The translations under genes and the position numbers were made by a program. This document shows, piece by piece, positions 18,497-28,335 of a stretch of DNA of 64,000 nucleotides. The stretch is from Candidatus Altiarchaeales archaeon (GTDB taxonomy: Archaea; Altiarchaeota; Altiarchaeia; IMC4; SCGC-AAA252-I15), in assembly GCA_014727915.1 (NCBI GenBank), contig WJMO01000005.1, forward strand, positions 192,001-256,000, given 5' to 3'. The notes beneath the pieces are model-generated. The model made no database searches. It saw only the letters and a program-made list of their open reading frames with translations, and was not told the origin of the DNA. Position 1 is the first letter of the stretch; every line of letters begins with the position of its first letter.

Positions 18497-18880
18497 ATGG
18501 TGTTTAAGAAGATTTTAGGTGGCGGAGGTGGCGGCGGAGACGACGACCTCTCCCGTGATGATATAGACATTGAGGACTACCTGAATGACTTGAGTGTCCG
18601 GGACGGGAAGATAATCGAGAGCGAGGACATAACCTACGTTAAACCCCTTGAGCTTGACGGCGAGGGCAAGGGCGTGGGCAACGTCCTGGCCGAGCTGGAG
18701 AAGAACAACATAGTGGTTTTGAACGTAAGGGCCTTGCTGCATAACAGGATGCTCTTGAAGTCTGTGGTAAAGGACATGAGGGATGCTTGTGTGGAGATGG
18801 ACGGCGACATCGGAAGGATTTCAGAGGACAAGCTGTTGATAGTGCCTTCCGGTATGCGCATCGTCTCCAAGAGCAGCTAG
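18497..18880 (+). CDS. sepF: Cell division protein SepF
   Basis: Amphipathic N-terminus MVFKKILG; YVKP...ELEKNNIVVLNV...GDIGRISEDKLLIVPSGMRI. Confidence 0.85.
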   Translation: MVFKKILGGGGGGGDDDLSRDDIDIEDYLNDLSVRDGKIIESEDITYVKPLELDGEGKGVGNVLAELEKNNIVVLNVRALLHNRMLLKSVVKDMRDACVEMDGDIGRISEDKLLIVPSGMRIVSKSS

Positions 18881-18900
18881 TCTTTCTCCCTTGTGCTATC

Positions 18901-19656
18901 ATGGTTGAAAGGGTCAAATCCGGAATACCCGGCTTGGACGATCTTTTGAACGGCGGCTTCCCCCTGGGTGGCATGTATGTGATACTCGGCCAGGCGGGCA
19001 CCTGCAAGACGATACTCTCTACTGCGTTCCTCCGTAACGGCGCCGTCAACTTCAACGAGCCAGGAGTCTACATCATGCTGGAGGAGAACAAGGAGCGCAT
19101 GATGTCTCATATGATGGACTTCGGCTGGGACCTTGCCCAGCTGGAATCTGAGGGAAAGCTGAAGGTCATACCCTATGTGCGCTCGATCGTCGGCGATGTG
19201 GACGCAACATTCGAGAACAGCATGATGTCCGGTTCTGCGGGTCGGGTCAGCCAGATGCGCCAGTACCTTACCGTTGACTCGCTTCTGAAGGAGATAACCG
19301 ACACCTGCAAGTCAATAGGCGCCAAGCGGGTTGTGATAGATCCCATCAACGTTGTCACCCTGTTGTCTGAGAGTCAGGTGATCGCTAGGATGCAGATAAT
19401 CTGGCTGCTGGAGAACCTTAGGAAACTGGATGTTACTGTGTTGGCCACTGTCGAGGAGGGCGTTGGCTACTGGGAGGACACAATGTTCCTCTCCGATGGC
19501 ATCGTCCACTTGACCTTGAAGGAGAGGGATGGCATCCACGAGCGTGGCATAATGATCCGGAAGATCCGAGGGACGTCCCACGACACCAGCATACGCCCGG
19601 TTAAGATAGACGAGGGCGGCATGCGCGTCTACCCTGAGGAAGTCATATTCAGATAG
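18901..19656 (+). CDS. KaiC-like (RAD55 family) ATPase, variant Walker A
   Basis: RVKSGIPGLD, GQAGTCKT, MLEE, RVVIDP, IRKIRGTSHD. Confidence 0.88.
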   Translation: MVERVKSGIPGLDDLLNGGFPLGGMYVILGQAGTCKTILSTAFLRNGAVNFNEPGVYIMLEENKERMMSHMMDFGWDLAQLESEGKLKVIPYVRSIVGDVDATFENSMMSGSAGRVSQMRQYLTVDSLLKEITDTCKSIGAKRVVIDPINVVTLLSESQVIARMQIIWLLENLRKLDVTVLATVEEGVGYWEDTMFLSDGIVHLTLKERDGIHERGIMIRKIRGTSHDTSIRPVKIDEGGMRVYPEEVIFR

Positions 19657-19659
19657 GCG

Positions 19660-20364
19660 TTAGCCGAAGACCGACTCGTTGGGGAACACTGTTATCCCCT
19701 CATCGGTTATCTTCATGGGTCTCATGTGCTTGTCGAACGCTGTTCCCCTCATCTTCTGTATGCTCACCGCGCTCAGCCTCTCGCCTTCGCTCTCTATCAG
19801 GTGCAGTTTTATGACTCCGCTCGCTAGGAACTCCTCCATGAGAACGTCGGGGCCTTCCAGCTCTGATGTGAGCAGTGTGGTGCAGTTCGTGGTCTCCAGG
19901 AAGTTGAGGAAACCGAGAAGCTCACGCCGGGCTTCAGTCCGGCTCTCGTATAGCATCTTTATGCTGGTCAGTGAGTCGATGACGACCCTCTTGGGCTTGT
20001 AGGACATGTATATGTTCCTCATGGCCTCTATCAGGTTCTTCAACGTGAATTCCGGCTTTGAGATGACCCCTGCGGTCTTGATGGCCCACAGCCCGGACGC
20101 TAGGTCCTGCATGGTGTCCAAAAGCTTTATCCTTTGTATGTCCCATCCGAAGGATGCCATGTCCTGTTTGAGTTGGCTGGCCTGCTCCTCTAGCGCGACG
20201 TAGAGGCATCTTTCGTTGTTCTTCACGCCGTCCATGAGGAACTGCATGCATAATATCGTCTTGCCCGCTCCGGGGCCGCCGACTATCAGGTACGGCCGTC
20301 CAGATATGAATCCCCCGTGCAGCATCTCATCCAGTCCGTCGATGCCGGTGCTTATCTTCTCCAT
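19660..20364 (-). CDS. KaiC-like (RAD55 family) ATPase
   Basis: ISTGIDGLD, GGPGAGKT, ALEE, RVVIDSLT, IQKMRGT. Confidence 0.9.
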   Translation of the reverse strand: MEKISTGIDGLDEMLHGGFISGRPYLIVGGPGAGKTILCMQFLMDGVKNNERCLYVALEEQASQLKQDMASFGWDIQRIKLLDTMQDLASGLWAIKTAGVISKPEFTLKNLIEAMRNIYMSYKPKRVVIDSLTSIKMLYESRTEARRELLGFLNFLETTNCTTLLTSELEGPDVLMEEFLASGVIKLHLIESEGERLSAVSIQKMRGTAFDKHMRPMKITDEGITVFPNESVFG

Positions 20365-20396
20365 CAGTTTAACAGATTAGAACCAGGTTTAAAAAA

Positions 20397-20936
20397 CTAT
20401 TTCAGCCGGTATTCTCTAACTCGGCTGTACTCAGGCCCTCCCGGGCTTAGTCTGCTCTCCATCAGCGTGAAATCCCCGACTTCATACTCTCCAAATGCTG
20501 CGTCTCTCTGGTTTTCGAGCGCAGTCTTCAGCCCAATGCTGTCCTTGACTTCCCTCACTCTCGCCAATGTGATGTGGGGGTGGAACTTCCCGTCCCGGCT
20601 GAAGCCTAGAGGCTCAAGAGCCTCCTCCAATCTCCCATGCAATTCACTCACTTCAGCAGAGCCTTTTTCGACTCCAGCCCAGAGGACCCTCGGCCTGTTC
20701 CTGCTGGGGAACGCTCCGAGACCCTTGACTGTGACGGCGAACCTGCTGTGCCCGACCCGTTCCAATGCCCGGGTCACGGGCTCAATGTCCTCGATGTCTC
20801 CCAGGAACTTCAGCGTCAAGTGCAGGTTCTCGTATTCGACCGCCTTCATCCTTCCAAAATCCAGGAGTTCTTCCTGTGCCTTGACCAGCTCATCTTTCAC
20901 CTCATCGGGGCATCCGATGGCGAGAAAGCATCTCAT
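20397..20936 (-). CDS. thpR: RNA 2',3'-cyclic phosphodiesterase (2'-5' RNA ligase family)
   Basis: Two 2H motifs, HLTLKFLG and FHPHITLAR. Confidence 0.92.
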   Translation of the reverse strand: MRCFLAIGCPDEVKDELVKAQEELLDFGRMKAVEYENLHLTLKFLGDIEDIEPVTRALERVGHSRFAVTVKGLGAFPSRNRPRVLWAGVEKGSAEVSELHGRLEEALEPLGFSRDGKFHPHITLARVREVKDSIGLKTALENQRDAAFGEYEVGDFTLMESRLSPGGPEYSRVREYRLK

Positions 20937-22087
20937 GGTCCCGGCCCATAGATATCCGAGTGTATGTCAGAGTACTTCTTACTGTAGGCTCTGGCGAAGG
21001 CTTCCAAACCCGCGTCGTCGTCTACCTTCCCGCCTGAGAGGACCGAAGCCAGCCTTAACCTGAAGTCTTTTATCTCATCGTCTGACGCGTTCCACCTGAG
21101 GTCCCGGCCCGGTTCGTACTCATGCCCCCCGGTCAGTGAACCCACTATCCAATTCATCATGCTCATCCTATGGTCTGCATTGTATGGGTTAGCCGAGCTT
21201 TGATCGGCTATTATCTCGCCTTCAATCCGGTCTATGCGGTATTCTCCGAACATGTTTTCCATGTATTCCGGGTTGGCTAGGAAGGTCTTTATCCTGGGCG
21301 CGGTGAATAGTCGTTCCACGTCCATCACCCTCTTCCTGGGAACTCCCTTGAACAGCGGCGTCTCAATGGCGGTAATCCTGGGTATCTCAACATCTTTGGG
21401 CGTGAGATTCAGCGCGTCTATCACCGCGTCCCTGTCCCGCTTCAACGCCTCCGACCTGAAAGATCCCATGGCGATCCCCTTCACTTCCTTGCCTTCAGCT
21501 AGGCTGCTTATTCTCTCATGGAAGTCATCCGCCCTTATCCTGCCCTCCTGGAAGATCACACGTTCCGGCCCGAACGCTCCCAATGCGTGGTGTATCAGCC
21601 ATAGGTCATGGTACCTTCCCTGAAAACCATGCCACCTGGCCTCGTCCGACCGGCGGTTGTAGTCCTCACGGTCTTCGTTGACGTCCTCAGGGGAGGCTCT
21701 GAAGAGGTCGTCCAAGTCTATGAACCTAAGTTTCCCAGGGCGCTCAGCCATCATCCTGAAATCCTCTTCTGTCGCAGTCAAACCTGATAGCACAAGCACC
21801 GTTGAACCGTCCTTGCTTTTTGCCAGCAAATCCTGGAGTATCCTCCTTCCGTTATCTGCCTCCAGCTTCAACTGGCCTTCAGCGGTTTTCTGGCTGTATT
21901 GTTGTCCGCTTACACCCACAAAATGACCTTGGTCGTCGTATGTGCCGAAGTAGTTTGTCCCCCTGAACGGGTGGCTCACCAATATGATCTCAAGCTTCTC
22001 TCTCTGCACCTCAAGCGGCGTGGGGACTGTAACGGTATCCGGGCTCGAAGCCTCCCTCTTTGCCTGTGCAGTGCCCGTCTTGCCCAT
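20933..22087 (-). CDS. Hypothetical protein (384 aa)
   Basis: Long ORF coupled to thpR by ATGA overlap; no recognised family. Confidence 0.7.
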   Translation of the reverse strand: MGKTGTAQAKREASSPDTVTVPTPLEVQREKLEIILVSHPFRGTNYFGTYDDQGHFVGVSGQQYSQKTAEGQLKLEADNGRRILQDLLAKSKDGSTVLVLSGLTATEEDFRMMAERPGKLRFIDLDDLFRASPEDVNEDREDYNRRSDEARWHGFQGRYHDLWLIHHALGAFGPERVIFQEGRIRADDFHERISSLAEGKEVKGIAMGSFRSEALKRDRDAVIDALNLTPKDVEIPRITAIETPLFKGVPRKRVMDVERLFTAPRIKTFLANPEYMENMFGEYRIDRIEGEIIADQSSANPYNADHRMSMMNWIVGSLTGGHEYEPGRDLRWNASDDEIKDFRLRLASVLSGGKVDDDAGLEAFARAYSKKYSDIHSDIYGPGP

Positions 22088-22124
22088 GTATTATTTTTAT
22101 ACGGTATTCGGTAATATACATACC

Positions 22125-22466
22125 ATGTTGCCTGGAGGCATGAACCCGAAGCAGATGAAGAAGATGATGAAGAAGATGGGCATCAAGACCGACGAGATCG
22201 ATGCCGAGCAGGTCATCATCAAATGCGTCGACCGTGACATCATAATCGACAACCCCTCGGTGGTGAAGACCGTCATACAGGGGCAGGAGATGTTCCAAGT
22301 CCAAGGCGACGTCCGAGAGGCCGCTGCAGAGGAGGATGTTGAGATCAGCCAGGAGGACGTGGACATGGTAAAATCCCAGACCGGCGCATCCGACGAGAAG
22401 GCCATTGCCGCATTGGAGAAGTCGGGGGGCGACCTGGCCCAGGCCATACTCGACCTGCAGAAATAA
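22125..22466 (+). CDS. nac: Nascent polypeptide-associated complex protein
   Basis: GMNPKQMKKMMKKMGI N-terminus, C-terminal UBA-like GDLAQAILDL. Confidence 0.93.
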   Translation: MLPGGMNPKQMKKMMKKMGIKTDEIDAEQVIIKCVDRDIIIDNPSVVKTVIQGQEMFQVQGDVREAAAEEDVEISQEDVDMVKSQTGASDEKAIAALEKSGGDLAQAILDLQK

Positions 22467-22467
22467 G

Positions 22468-22911
22468 ATGGACGCTGAAGGCGCTTTCGAGAAAATTGTC
22501 ACGGGCATACATGTGATAACCGTAAAAGCAGGTGATAAGGTTAATGGCATGGCTGCCGCGTGGGTCACGCGCGTCTCCCACAGTCCGCCGCTCGTAATGG
22601 TATCCGTTGCCCACACCAGGTTCACCCACAATCTAATACAGCAGGCCGGGTCCTTCTGCGTTAACATATTGGCCGAGGGACAGGACGACCTCGTCACACG
22701 GTTCGGGTTCAAGACCGGCAAGTCAACGGACAAATTCGACGGCCTCCCATATGGCACTGGCGAAACAGGTTCTCCCATACTGGATGGCACCGCGGGATAC
22801 CTGGACTGCAAGCTCATCTCATCCCATGAGGCAGGGGATCACACGATATTCGTCGGGGAAGTCGTGGACGCGAAAGCATACGATAAGAATCCCATGTCAC
22901 ATGGAGGCTAA
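22468..22911 (+). CDS. Flavin reductase family protein
   Basis: NGMAAAW, PPLVMVSV, GSFCVNIL, AGDHTIFVGEV. Confidence 0.9.
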   Translation: MDAEGAFEKIVTGIHVITVKAGDKVNGMAAAWVTRVSHSPPLVMVSVAHTRFTHNLIQQAGSFCVNILAEGQDDLVTRFGFKTGKSTDKFDGLPYGTGETGSPILDGTAGYLDCKLISSHEAGDHTIFVGEVVDAKAYDKNPMSHGG

Positions 22912-23517
22912 AGCCCTTTCAGCAAGCTGCCTGAACAGTTCACTGCCCTTCTCTGATGTTGCCCTGGTAGGGTCTCCCAATACCCCGGATTCGCTGAATT
23001 CCTTCGTGTCCTTCCATTCTCCCCTCCCAGGCCATCTGAACTCGTGCTCTCTGATCTCGTCCTCTTTGACCAGTTCGGGGTGCAGGTGCATCATCAGGCT
23101 GGTCTCCACCTCGCCCGCGTGGTCGTACCTTTCGAGCAGTGAAGTCAGATTGACGGCTTTGACATCGATGTTCAACTCCTCCAGCGCCTTGTTGTTCCCG
23201 CCGTGGCCGTTAATGATGATTATCTCGGCGAACCCCTGCCTGCGAAGGGACTCGACAACCTCCTCGACAACAGACTTGAAGGTGTCGGGTTTCAAGCTGA
23301 CAGTACCGGGGAAGCTCATGTGCTCCGGCGACACCCCCACGGGTATGGTCGGCCCGAGGACGGCGCCCACTTCCACCGCGACCTTCTCAGCCACTGCCTC
23401 AGCGATCAACGTGTCAGTCGACAACGGCAGGTGAGGCCCATGCTGCTCAAGGCTACCTGTTATGGTAACAACCCTACTGCCCTTGACATCGGGCCAACGA
23501 CTGTCCTTTAGCTTCAT
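22897..23517 (-). CDS. Creatininase/amidohydrolase family protein
   Basis: GSLEQHGPHLPLSTD, SPEH..FPGT, NGHGGN, DHAGEVETS. Confidence 0.9.
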   Translation of the reverse strand: MKLKDSRWPDVKGSRVVTITGSLEQHGPHLPLSTDTLIAEAVAEKVAVEVGAVLGPTIPVGVSPEHMSFPGTVSLKPDTFKSVVEEVVESLRRQGFAEIIIINGHGGNNKALEELNIDVKAVNLTSLLERYDHAGEVETSLMMHLHPELVKEDEIREHEFRWPGRGEWKDTKEFSESGVLGDPTRATSEKGSELFRQLAERALASM

Positions 23518-23569
23518 CCTAGTGAAACTTTAGGATAAATGTATAAAATACTGCGGGCCTCACCCGCTT

Positions 23570-24622
23570 TCAGTAGCTGAGCTTACTCCAGATGTTGTCG
23601 TCATCGAGCCGTGAGGGTATGTCCACATCGTAGAAGCCCTGTATGGGCTCTAGCACCTCGGGGCTGCCTTCCCAGACACTCTTCAACGCCTCCCTGACCG
23701 ATTCAACGCCCTTGGCTGTCAGCTTGCCCAGAGGCCTCTTGCAGGTTCCGGCTATCATCCCCAACCCCGCCATCATCGTCTTCACAGGCACAGGGTTCGG
23801 AATCCTGTACTCCACCTGTGACGTGCTGCCGTCCGGGAGCGCCACCTCCTCGACCGTCTTAACACCCACGACGTTGAACAGGGGCTGGAGGCTCTCATCC
23901 ACCGCCTTAGCCTCTTCTGCCTTGCCTTCAAGTATCATCCGCACGTATCTCTCTATGGCTGCCGGCGTGATGTTGCTTATCACCGATATGACCCCCGACG
24001 ACATTATCCTGGCGTCTGTCATCATCTCATACGTGTTCGGGTCGTCGCCGGAAATTATGTTGAAATCGTCATCCGCGAGTTCCCTGGTCTTCCTCATCCT
24101 CTCGAAGTCGCCGGTCGCCTCCTTTACGGCCACGAGGTTCTTATGGCCTGCCCGGATCAAGGCAAGGTCTTCAGGCGATATGACTGTCACGCTCCTCCCG
24201 GGTATCGCGTAGGCTATGAAGTCGGTTTCGGGGAACTCTGACAGTACCGGCTCATAGTATTCCCTCCTGAGCTCGAGCGAGGACGGCTTGTTATAGTAGC
24301 AGTCCACCAGCAGGCAGGTTTCAACTCCCGCCTCGACCGCCCTCTTGGTCTCGAAGATAGCCTCGTCGGTGCTGTTCGAGCCGGTGCCCGCCAAAACCTT
24401 GGTTTTGCCGTCAGCGTAGCCCACGGTGTTCTCTATCACCTTGGAATGTTCCCTGTGGGTGACCGTGGCCGACTCCCCCGTGCTGCCCATCGGCAGCACC
24501 CCAGTTACTCCCTGTTCGGACTGGAATCTCACGTTCTTCTCCAACTGGCTCCAGTTGACCTTGTAGTCGTTGTCGAAGGGGGTGACCAGCGCAGTCCAAC
24601 ATCCGCAGTATCTCGAATCCAT
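23570..24622 (-). CDS. dapA: 4-hydroxy-tetrahydrodipicolinate synthase
   Basis: TALVTPF, GSTGESAT, AGTGSNST, YYNKPS, VKEATG, SGDD. Confidence 0.9.
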   Translation of the reverse strand: MDSRYCGCWTALVTPFDNDYKVNWSQLEKNVRFQSEQGVTGVLPMGSTGESATVTHREHSKVIENTVGYADGKTKVLAGTGSNSTDEAIFETKRAVEAGVETCLLVDCYYNKPSSLELRREYYEPVLSEFPETDFIAYAIPGRSVTVISPEDLALIRAGHKNLVAVKEATGDFERMRKTRELADDDFNIISGDDPNTYEMMTDARIMSSGVISVISNITPAAIERYVRMILEGKAEEAKAVDESLQPLFNVVGVKTVEEVALPDGSTSQVEYRIPNPVPVKTMMAGLGMIAGTCKRPLGKLTAKGVESVREALKSVWEGSPEVLEPIQGFYDVDIPSRLDDDNIWSKLSY

Positions 24623-24681
24623 CTTATACCCGGTCAAGCTCTTTATTATTACAATAATACCTTAAAATAGTAATCCAATAA

Positions 24682-24740
24682 AAGTGTGAGCGACTCCGCT
24701 GTTTTCCGGCGGAGTAGGCACATTTCCATGTGTGGGATGT
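24682..24740 (+). promoter_or_regulatory. Structured leader upstream of glmS
   Basis: Hairpin ACTCCGCTG-TTTTC-CGGCGGAGT (24693-24715) with competing flanking pairings. Confidence 0.35.
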
Positions 24741-24744
24741 CAGA

Positions 24745-26514
24745 ATGTGCGGTATCGCAGGCTATGTGGGTGGTAAGAACGCTCCTGTCGTCCTTTTCGA
24801 CATGTTGAAGCGGTTGGAGTATCGTGGTTATGACTCTGCGGGCATAGCGTATGTCGGAGAGGATGGCATTAACATACCCAAGGGAAAGGGCAAGGTTGAC
24901 GAGGTCAGGGCTAGCTTGAACCCAGAGTCACTTATGGGCCAGATTGGCGTGGGCCACACGAGATGGGCAACCCATGGGGTGCCTTCCACGGTCAACGCTC
25001 ACCCGCACACCGACTGCACAGGCGTCTTTGCGGTAGCCCATAATGGCATCATCGAGAACTTCCTGGAGCTGAAGGATGAGCTGGAGGAGCGTGGTCACAG
25101 CTTCAAGAGCGAGACAGACACGGAGGTCATAGCCCACTTGATCGAGGAATACTATGATGGCGACTTCCTGGAGGCGTTCGCCAAGGCGTTGGGCAAGCTG
25201 AAGGGCAGCTACGCCATCACTGCTTTGTCCACGCATCACCGGGATATGATACTGGTCGCGAGGAACGAGAGTCCCCTGCTGATTGGCTTGGGGGAGGGGG
25301 AGAACTTCATCGCCTCCGACGCGCCCGCCTTCCTCGGTGAGACGAAGGAGGCGGTCATCTTGGACGACCTGGAATATGGTGTTGTGACAGCGGGAAATAC
25401 GGCATTCTACAGCCTTAAATCCGGGAGGAAGCTGAGGAAGAAGCATGAGACGTTATCCTGGAGTTTCCGGGAGGCGGAGCGGGGCGGCTACCACCACTTC
25501 ATGCTCAAGGAGGTGCATGAGGAGCCTGACGCTGCAGTTAACGCGTTGAAGGGCGAGAAGGAGTTGAGGGCGGTCTGCGATAAAATCTCGTCCTGCAGGC
25601 GGGTGTACTTCGTCGCATGCGGCACCGCATACCACGCTGGACTGTATGGGAAATACCTGATGGAACGTCTCGGCCTTGCTGCGGAGGCGTCCATAGCCTC
25701 TGAGTTCAGGTACTCTACTGCAGGGTCTTTGAACAGCGAGTGTGCTGTGATTGCCATATCACAGAGCGGGGAGACTGCAGACACCATAGCGGCCGTTAAG
25801 GCGGCCAAGGCTCGTGGGGCCTACACGGCGTGCATAGTCAACGTCGTCGGGAGCAGCCTGACCCGTTTATGTGATGATTCGGCCTACACATACTCCGGTC
25901 CCGAGATAGCGGTGGCATCCACCAAAGCGTACATAGGCCAGCTGGTATCCGTTGCTCTTCTGAGCCTTGAATCCGCCAAGAAGAAGATGAAACTGGACGA
26001 AAAGGACTTTTTAGACTATTTTGACGAACTTAAGAATATCCGCGAAAGGATCCAGGATATCCTGGATTCCAACGAGATCCGGGCTTTGGCGGAGTCGGAG
26101 GCTAACACCCGCACCTTCTTCTATCTTGGCAGGCGGGAGAACTACCCGACTGCATTGGAGGGCGCGTTGAAGCTGAAGGAGATCAGCTACGTGCACGCGG
26201 AGGGCTACGCTGCAGGCGAACTGAAGCACGGGCCGCTCGCATTGATGGATGAGACAGTGACGGTCCTGGCCATTATGCCAGACGACGAGCTCAAGCGGAA
26301 GGTGGAGAGCAACATCAGCGAGATAAAAGCCCGCGGCGCGAAAGTGATAACCGTCGGAGTGAACAAGGACATCAGAATACCCAAGACCTACCCCATCTTC
26401 GCCCCAATCCTGGCAATAGTACCCCTCCACCTCTTTGCATACTACATCAGCGTGCTGAAGGGCTTGGACCCCGACAAGCCACGCAACTTGGCGAAGAGCG
26501 TGACCGTCGAATAG
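24745..26514 (+). CDS. glmS: Glutamine--fructose-6-phosphate aminotransferase
   Basis: MCGI start, LEYRGYDSAG, GHTRWATHG, SQSGETADT, PRNLAKSVTVE. Confidence 0.97.
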   Translation: MCGIAGYVGGKNAPVVLFDMLKRLEYRGYDSAGIAYVGEDGINIPKGKGKVDEVRASLNPESLMGQIGVGHTRWATHGVPSTVNAHPHTDCTGVFAVAHNGIIENFLELKDELEERGHSFKSETDTEVIAHLIEEYYDGDFLEAFAKALGKLKGSYAITALSTHHRDMILVARNESPLLIGLGEGENFIASDAPAFLGETKEAVILDDLEYGVVTAGNTAFYSLKSGRKLRKKHETLSWSFREAERGGYHHFMLKEVHEEPDAAVNALKGEKELRAVCDKISSCRRVYFVACGTAYHAGLYGKYLMERLGLAAEASIASEFRYSTAGSLNSECAVIAISQSGETADTIAAVKAAKARGAYTACIVNVVGSSLTRLCDDSAYTYSGPEIAVASTKAYIGQLVSVALLSLESAKKKMKLDEKDFLDYFDELKNIRERIQDILDSNEIRALAESEANTRTFFYLGRRENYPTALEGALKLKEISYVHAEGYAAGELKHGPLALMDETVTVLAIMPDDELKRKVESNISEIKARGAKVITVGVNKDIRIPKTYPIFAPILAIVPLHLFAYYISVLKGLDPDKPRNLAKSVTVE

Positions 26515-26601
26515 CTTCGCCGATTTCTGAAATAGTATCTGCCATTAATTTACCTGTTCCTCCTTTGTTTTAACCATAGTTTTTGTTTTTGGGTTTTATT
26601 C

Positions 26602-26991
26602 ATGGATTTGGAGGTCTCATTTCCGGGGGGTTTGCGGGTTGACGTAGGCTACAAAGGGCATAATATAAGGACCGACCAGCCTGTTGCTTCAGGAGGCGGG
26701 GATGCTGCTCCTGCCCCGTTCGACCTTTTCCTGGCGTCTATAGCTTCGTGTGTTGGCATCTACGTTCTCCAGTTCCTGAGAGCCCGGGACCTGCCTACGG
26801 AGGGTTTGAAGCTGAAGATGAGCACGGACTACAGCCGGGAGGAGCGGAGGATAACCAACATAGCCTTTGAGTTAACCCTCCCGGACGGTTTTCCGGAAGA
26901 GTACCGGGATGCGGTTGTCAGGTCTGCGATGCAGTGCGCTGTCAAACGGCACATGGAGAAACCGCCAGAATTCGATGTGAAACTGGTTTAA
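26602..26991 (+). CDS. OsmC family protein
   Basis: TDQP...GGG...PFDLFLASIASC and second Cys in QCAVKR. Confidence 0.88.
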   Translation: MDLEVSFPGGLRVDVGYKGHNIRTDQPVASGGGDAAPAPFDLFLASIASCVGIYVLQFLRARDLPTEGLKLKMSTDYSREERRITNIAFELTLPDGFPEEYRDAVVRSAMQCAVKRHMEKPPEFDVKLV

Positions 26992-26992
26992 A

Positions 26993-28294
26993 ATGCCTCC
27001 CAGATGGTTGGACTTCAGGGGTTGGTTCGGTCCCCGGCAGATACCTCCGGTGGACCCCGAGGAGATTGCCAAGCTGGACGAGCAGCTGAGGGACGTTGGC
27101 ACCCCCGATGAGCTGCTCAGTTTGAGGGGGACGTCCCTGGTATCCAAGCAGATGGACCGTACAATGGGCCTGGTCCTGAGGCGGACTAACAGGTTCGGCG
27201 AGGGCGAGTCCGAGTCGTCTCTGGCCTTCCTTAGCAATCGCATGGCTGCGGAGGAAAACCGCCTCGAATGGAATAGGATGCTCGCCTACAGTCTGCCCGT
27301 TCTTTTGAACACGGGGGCAGTGAGGGGTCGAAGAGATTGGAGGAGCTTCCAGGCTATCGTTGAGCGATTTCCCTCGGGCGATGCCGGGTCGATTCTAAGG
27401 CTAACCGAGGACACTCTGCCCCGGCTGGTTTCTGCATGCGGGGGTGGCAGGGAGTTCAGCCGGCAGGGCATGTGGGGTGCACTGGACCGCTCGTTAGATG
27501 ATGTATCCGCAGAGGAGAGGATGAACCCACGTCGCATGCTGGCTTTCACTGACTCCCTATCTGCTGCCATGGCCGCCAACAGCAGGTTACTGGTGGCTGA
27601 TGATGCCCTGCCCAGGATCGCGAGGAATCACACGAGAAACTTCACAGGTTCGTTCACTTACCTCCGTGACGACGTCGGTTTGAGAGGTGACTACCTTGAC
27701 ATGTGGGTCGACTTCATGCCTGCTGCGTTGAACCACCGGCAACCCATGGGCGATATGGGGAGCGAGCGGATGCTTGACATGCGGCCGGACATATGGGATG
27801 ATGTGGCCGACAGCTTCACGCGGATGGCCGAGCAGATGCAGGGGCTTTCCCACGAGGAGAGGGTGAGTTTCGGCAGGCTATTACCCGCTATAGTGGGGAG
27901 GGGGACCATGGTCCGCCGCAATGAACTGCCCAGCCTGTTAAGCACCGAGAGACAGCACCCCCAGTTCAGGAACCAACAACACGGCTACCTTGACCTCGTA
28001 GGTCTGCTTCCCCGCGGGGAGGGCAGGCACTCGGACCCCCAGATACTGGAGAGGTTCGCCTCCAACATGCTCAGCTTCATAGATGCCGGCGGCATAGACG
28101 TTGAATCCCGGCTCATACGTGCTGAGAACACGCGCTTCTGGATGGACGGCGTATACAGTCTCATGTCCGGGCTTCCGGAGGATCAGAGGGGTTTGGAGGG
28201 GGTGATCGAGCAGATGACTGCAAGGGCTCGGACGGGCGGATTCCGAACCCCTGAGGGATGGGGCGAATTCCTGGCTGGAAGGCGGATCACCTAG
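26993..28294 (+). CDS. Hypothetical protein (433 aa, Arg/Met-rich, likely helical)
   Basis: Long ORF starting 1 nt after the osmC stop; no recognised motif. Confidence 0.7.
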   Translation: MPPRWLDFRGWFGPRQIPPVDPEEIAKLDEQLRDVGTPDELLSLRGTSLVSKQMDRTMGLVLRRTNRFGEGESESSLAFLSNRMAAEENRLEWNRMLAYSLPVLLNTGAVRGRRDWRSFQAIVERFPSGDAGSILRLTEDTLPRLVSACGGGREFSRQGMWGALDRSLDDVSAEERMNPRRMLAFTDSLSAAMAANSRLLVADDALPRIARNHTRNFTGSFTYLRDDVGLRGDYLDMWVDFMPAALNHRQPMGDMGSERMLDMRPDIWDDVADSFTRMAEQMQGLSHEERVSFGRLLPAIVGRGTMVRRNELPSLLSTERQHPQFRNQQHGYLDLVGLLPRGEGRHSDPQILERFASNMLSFIDAGGIDVESRLIRAENTRFWMDGVYSLMSGLPEDQRGLEGVIEQMTARARTGGFRTPEGWGEFLAGRRIT

Positions 28295-28335
28295 CTTTTT
28301 TATTCTAATCTGTCATATGGCTTTATTCTCAAAAG

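Noticed and set aside
24682-24745. Canonical glmS ribozyme
   Set aside because: Too short and lacks the conserved AGCGCC...GACGAGG core
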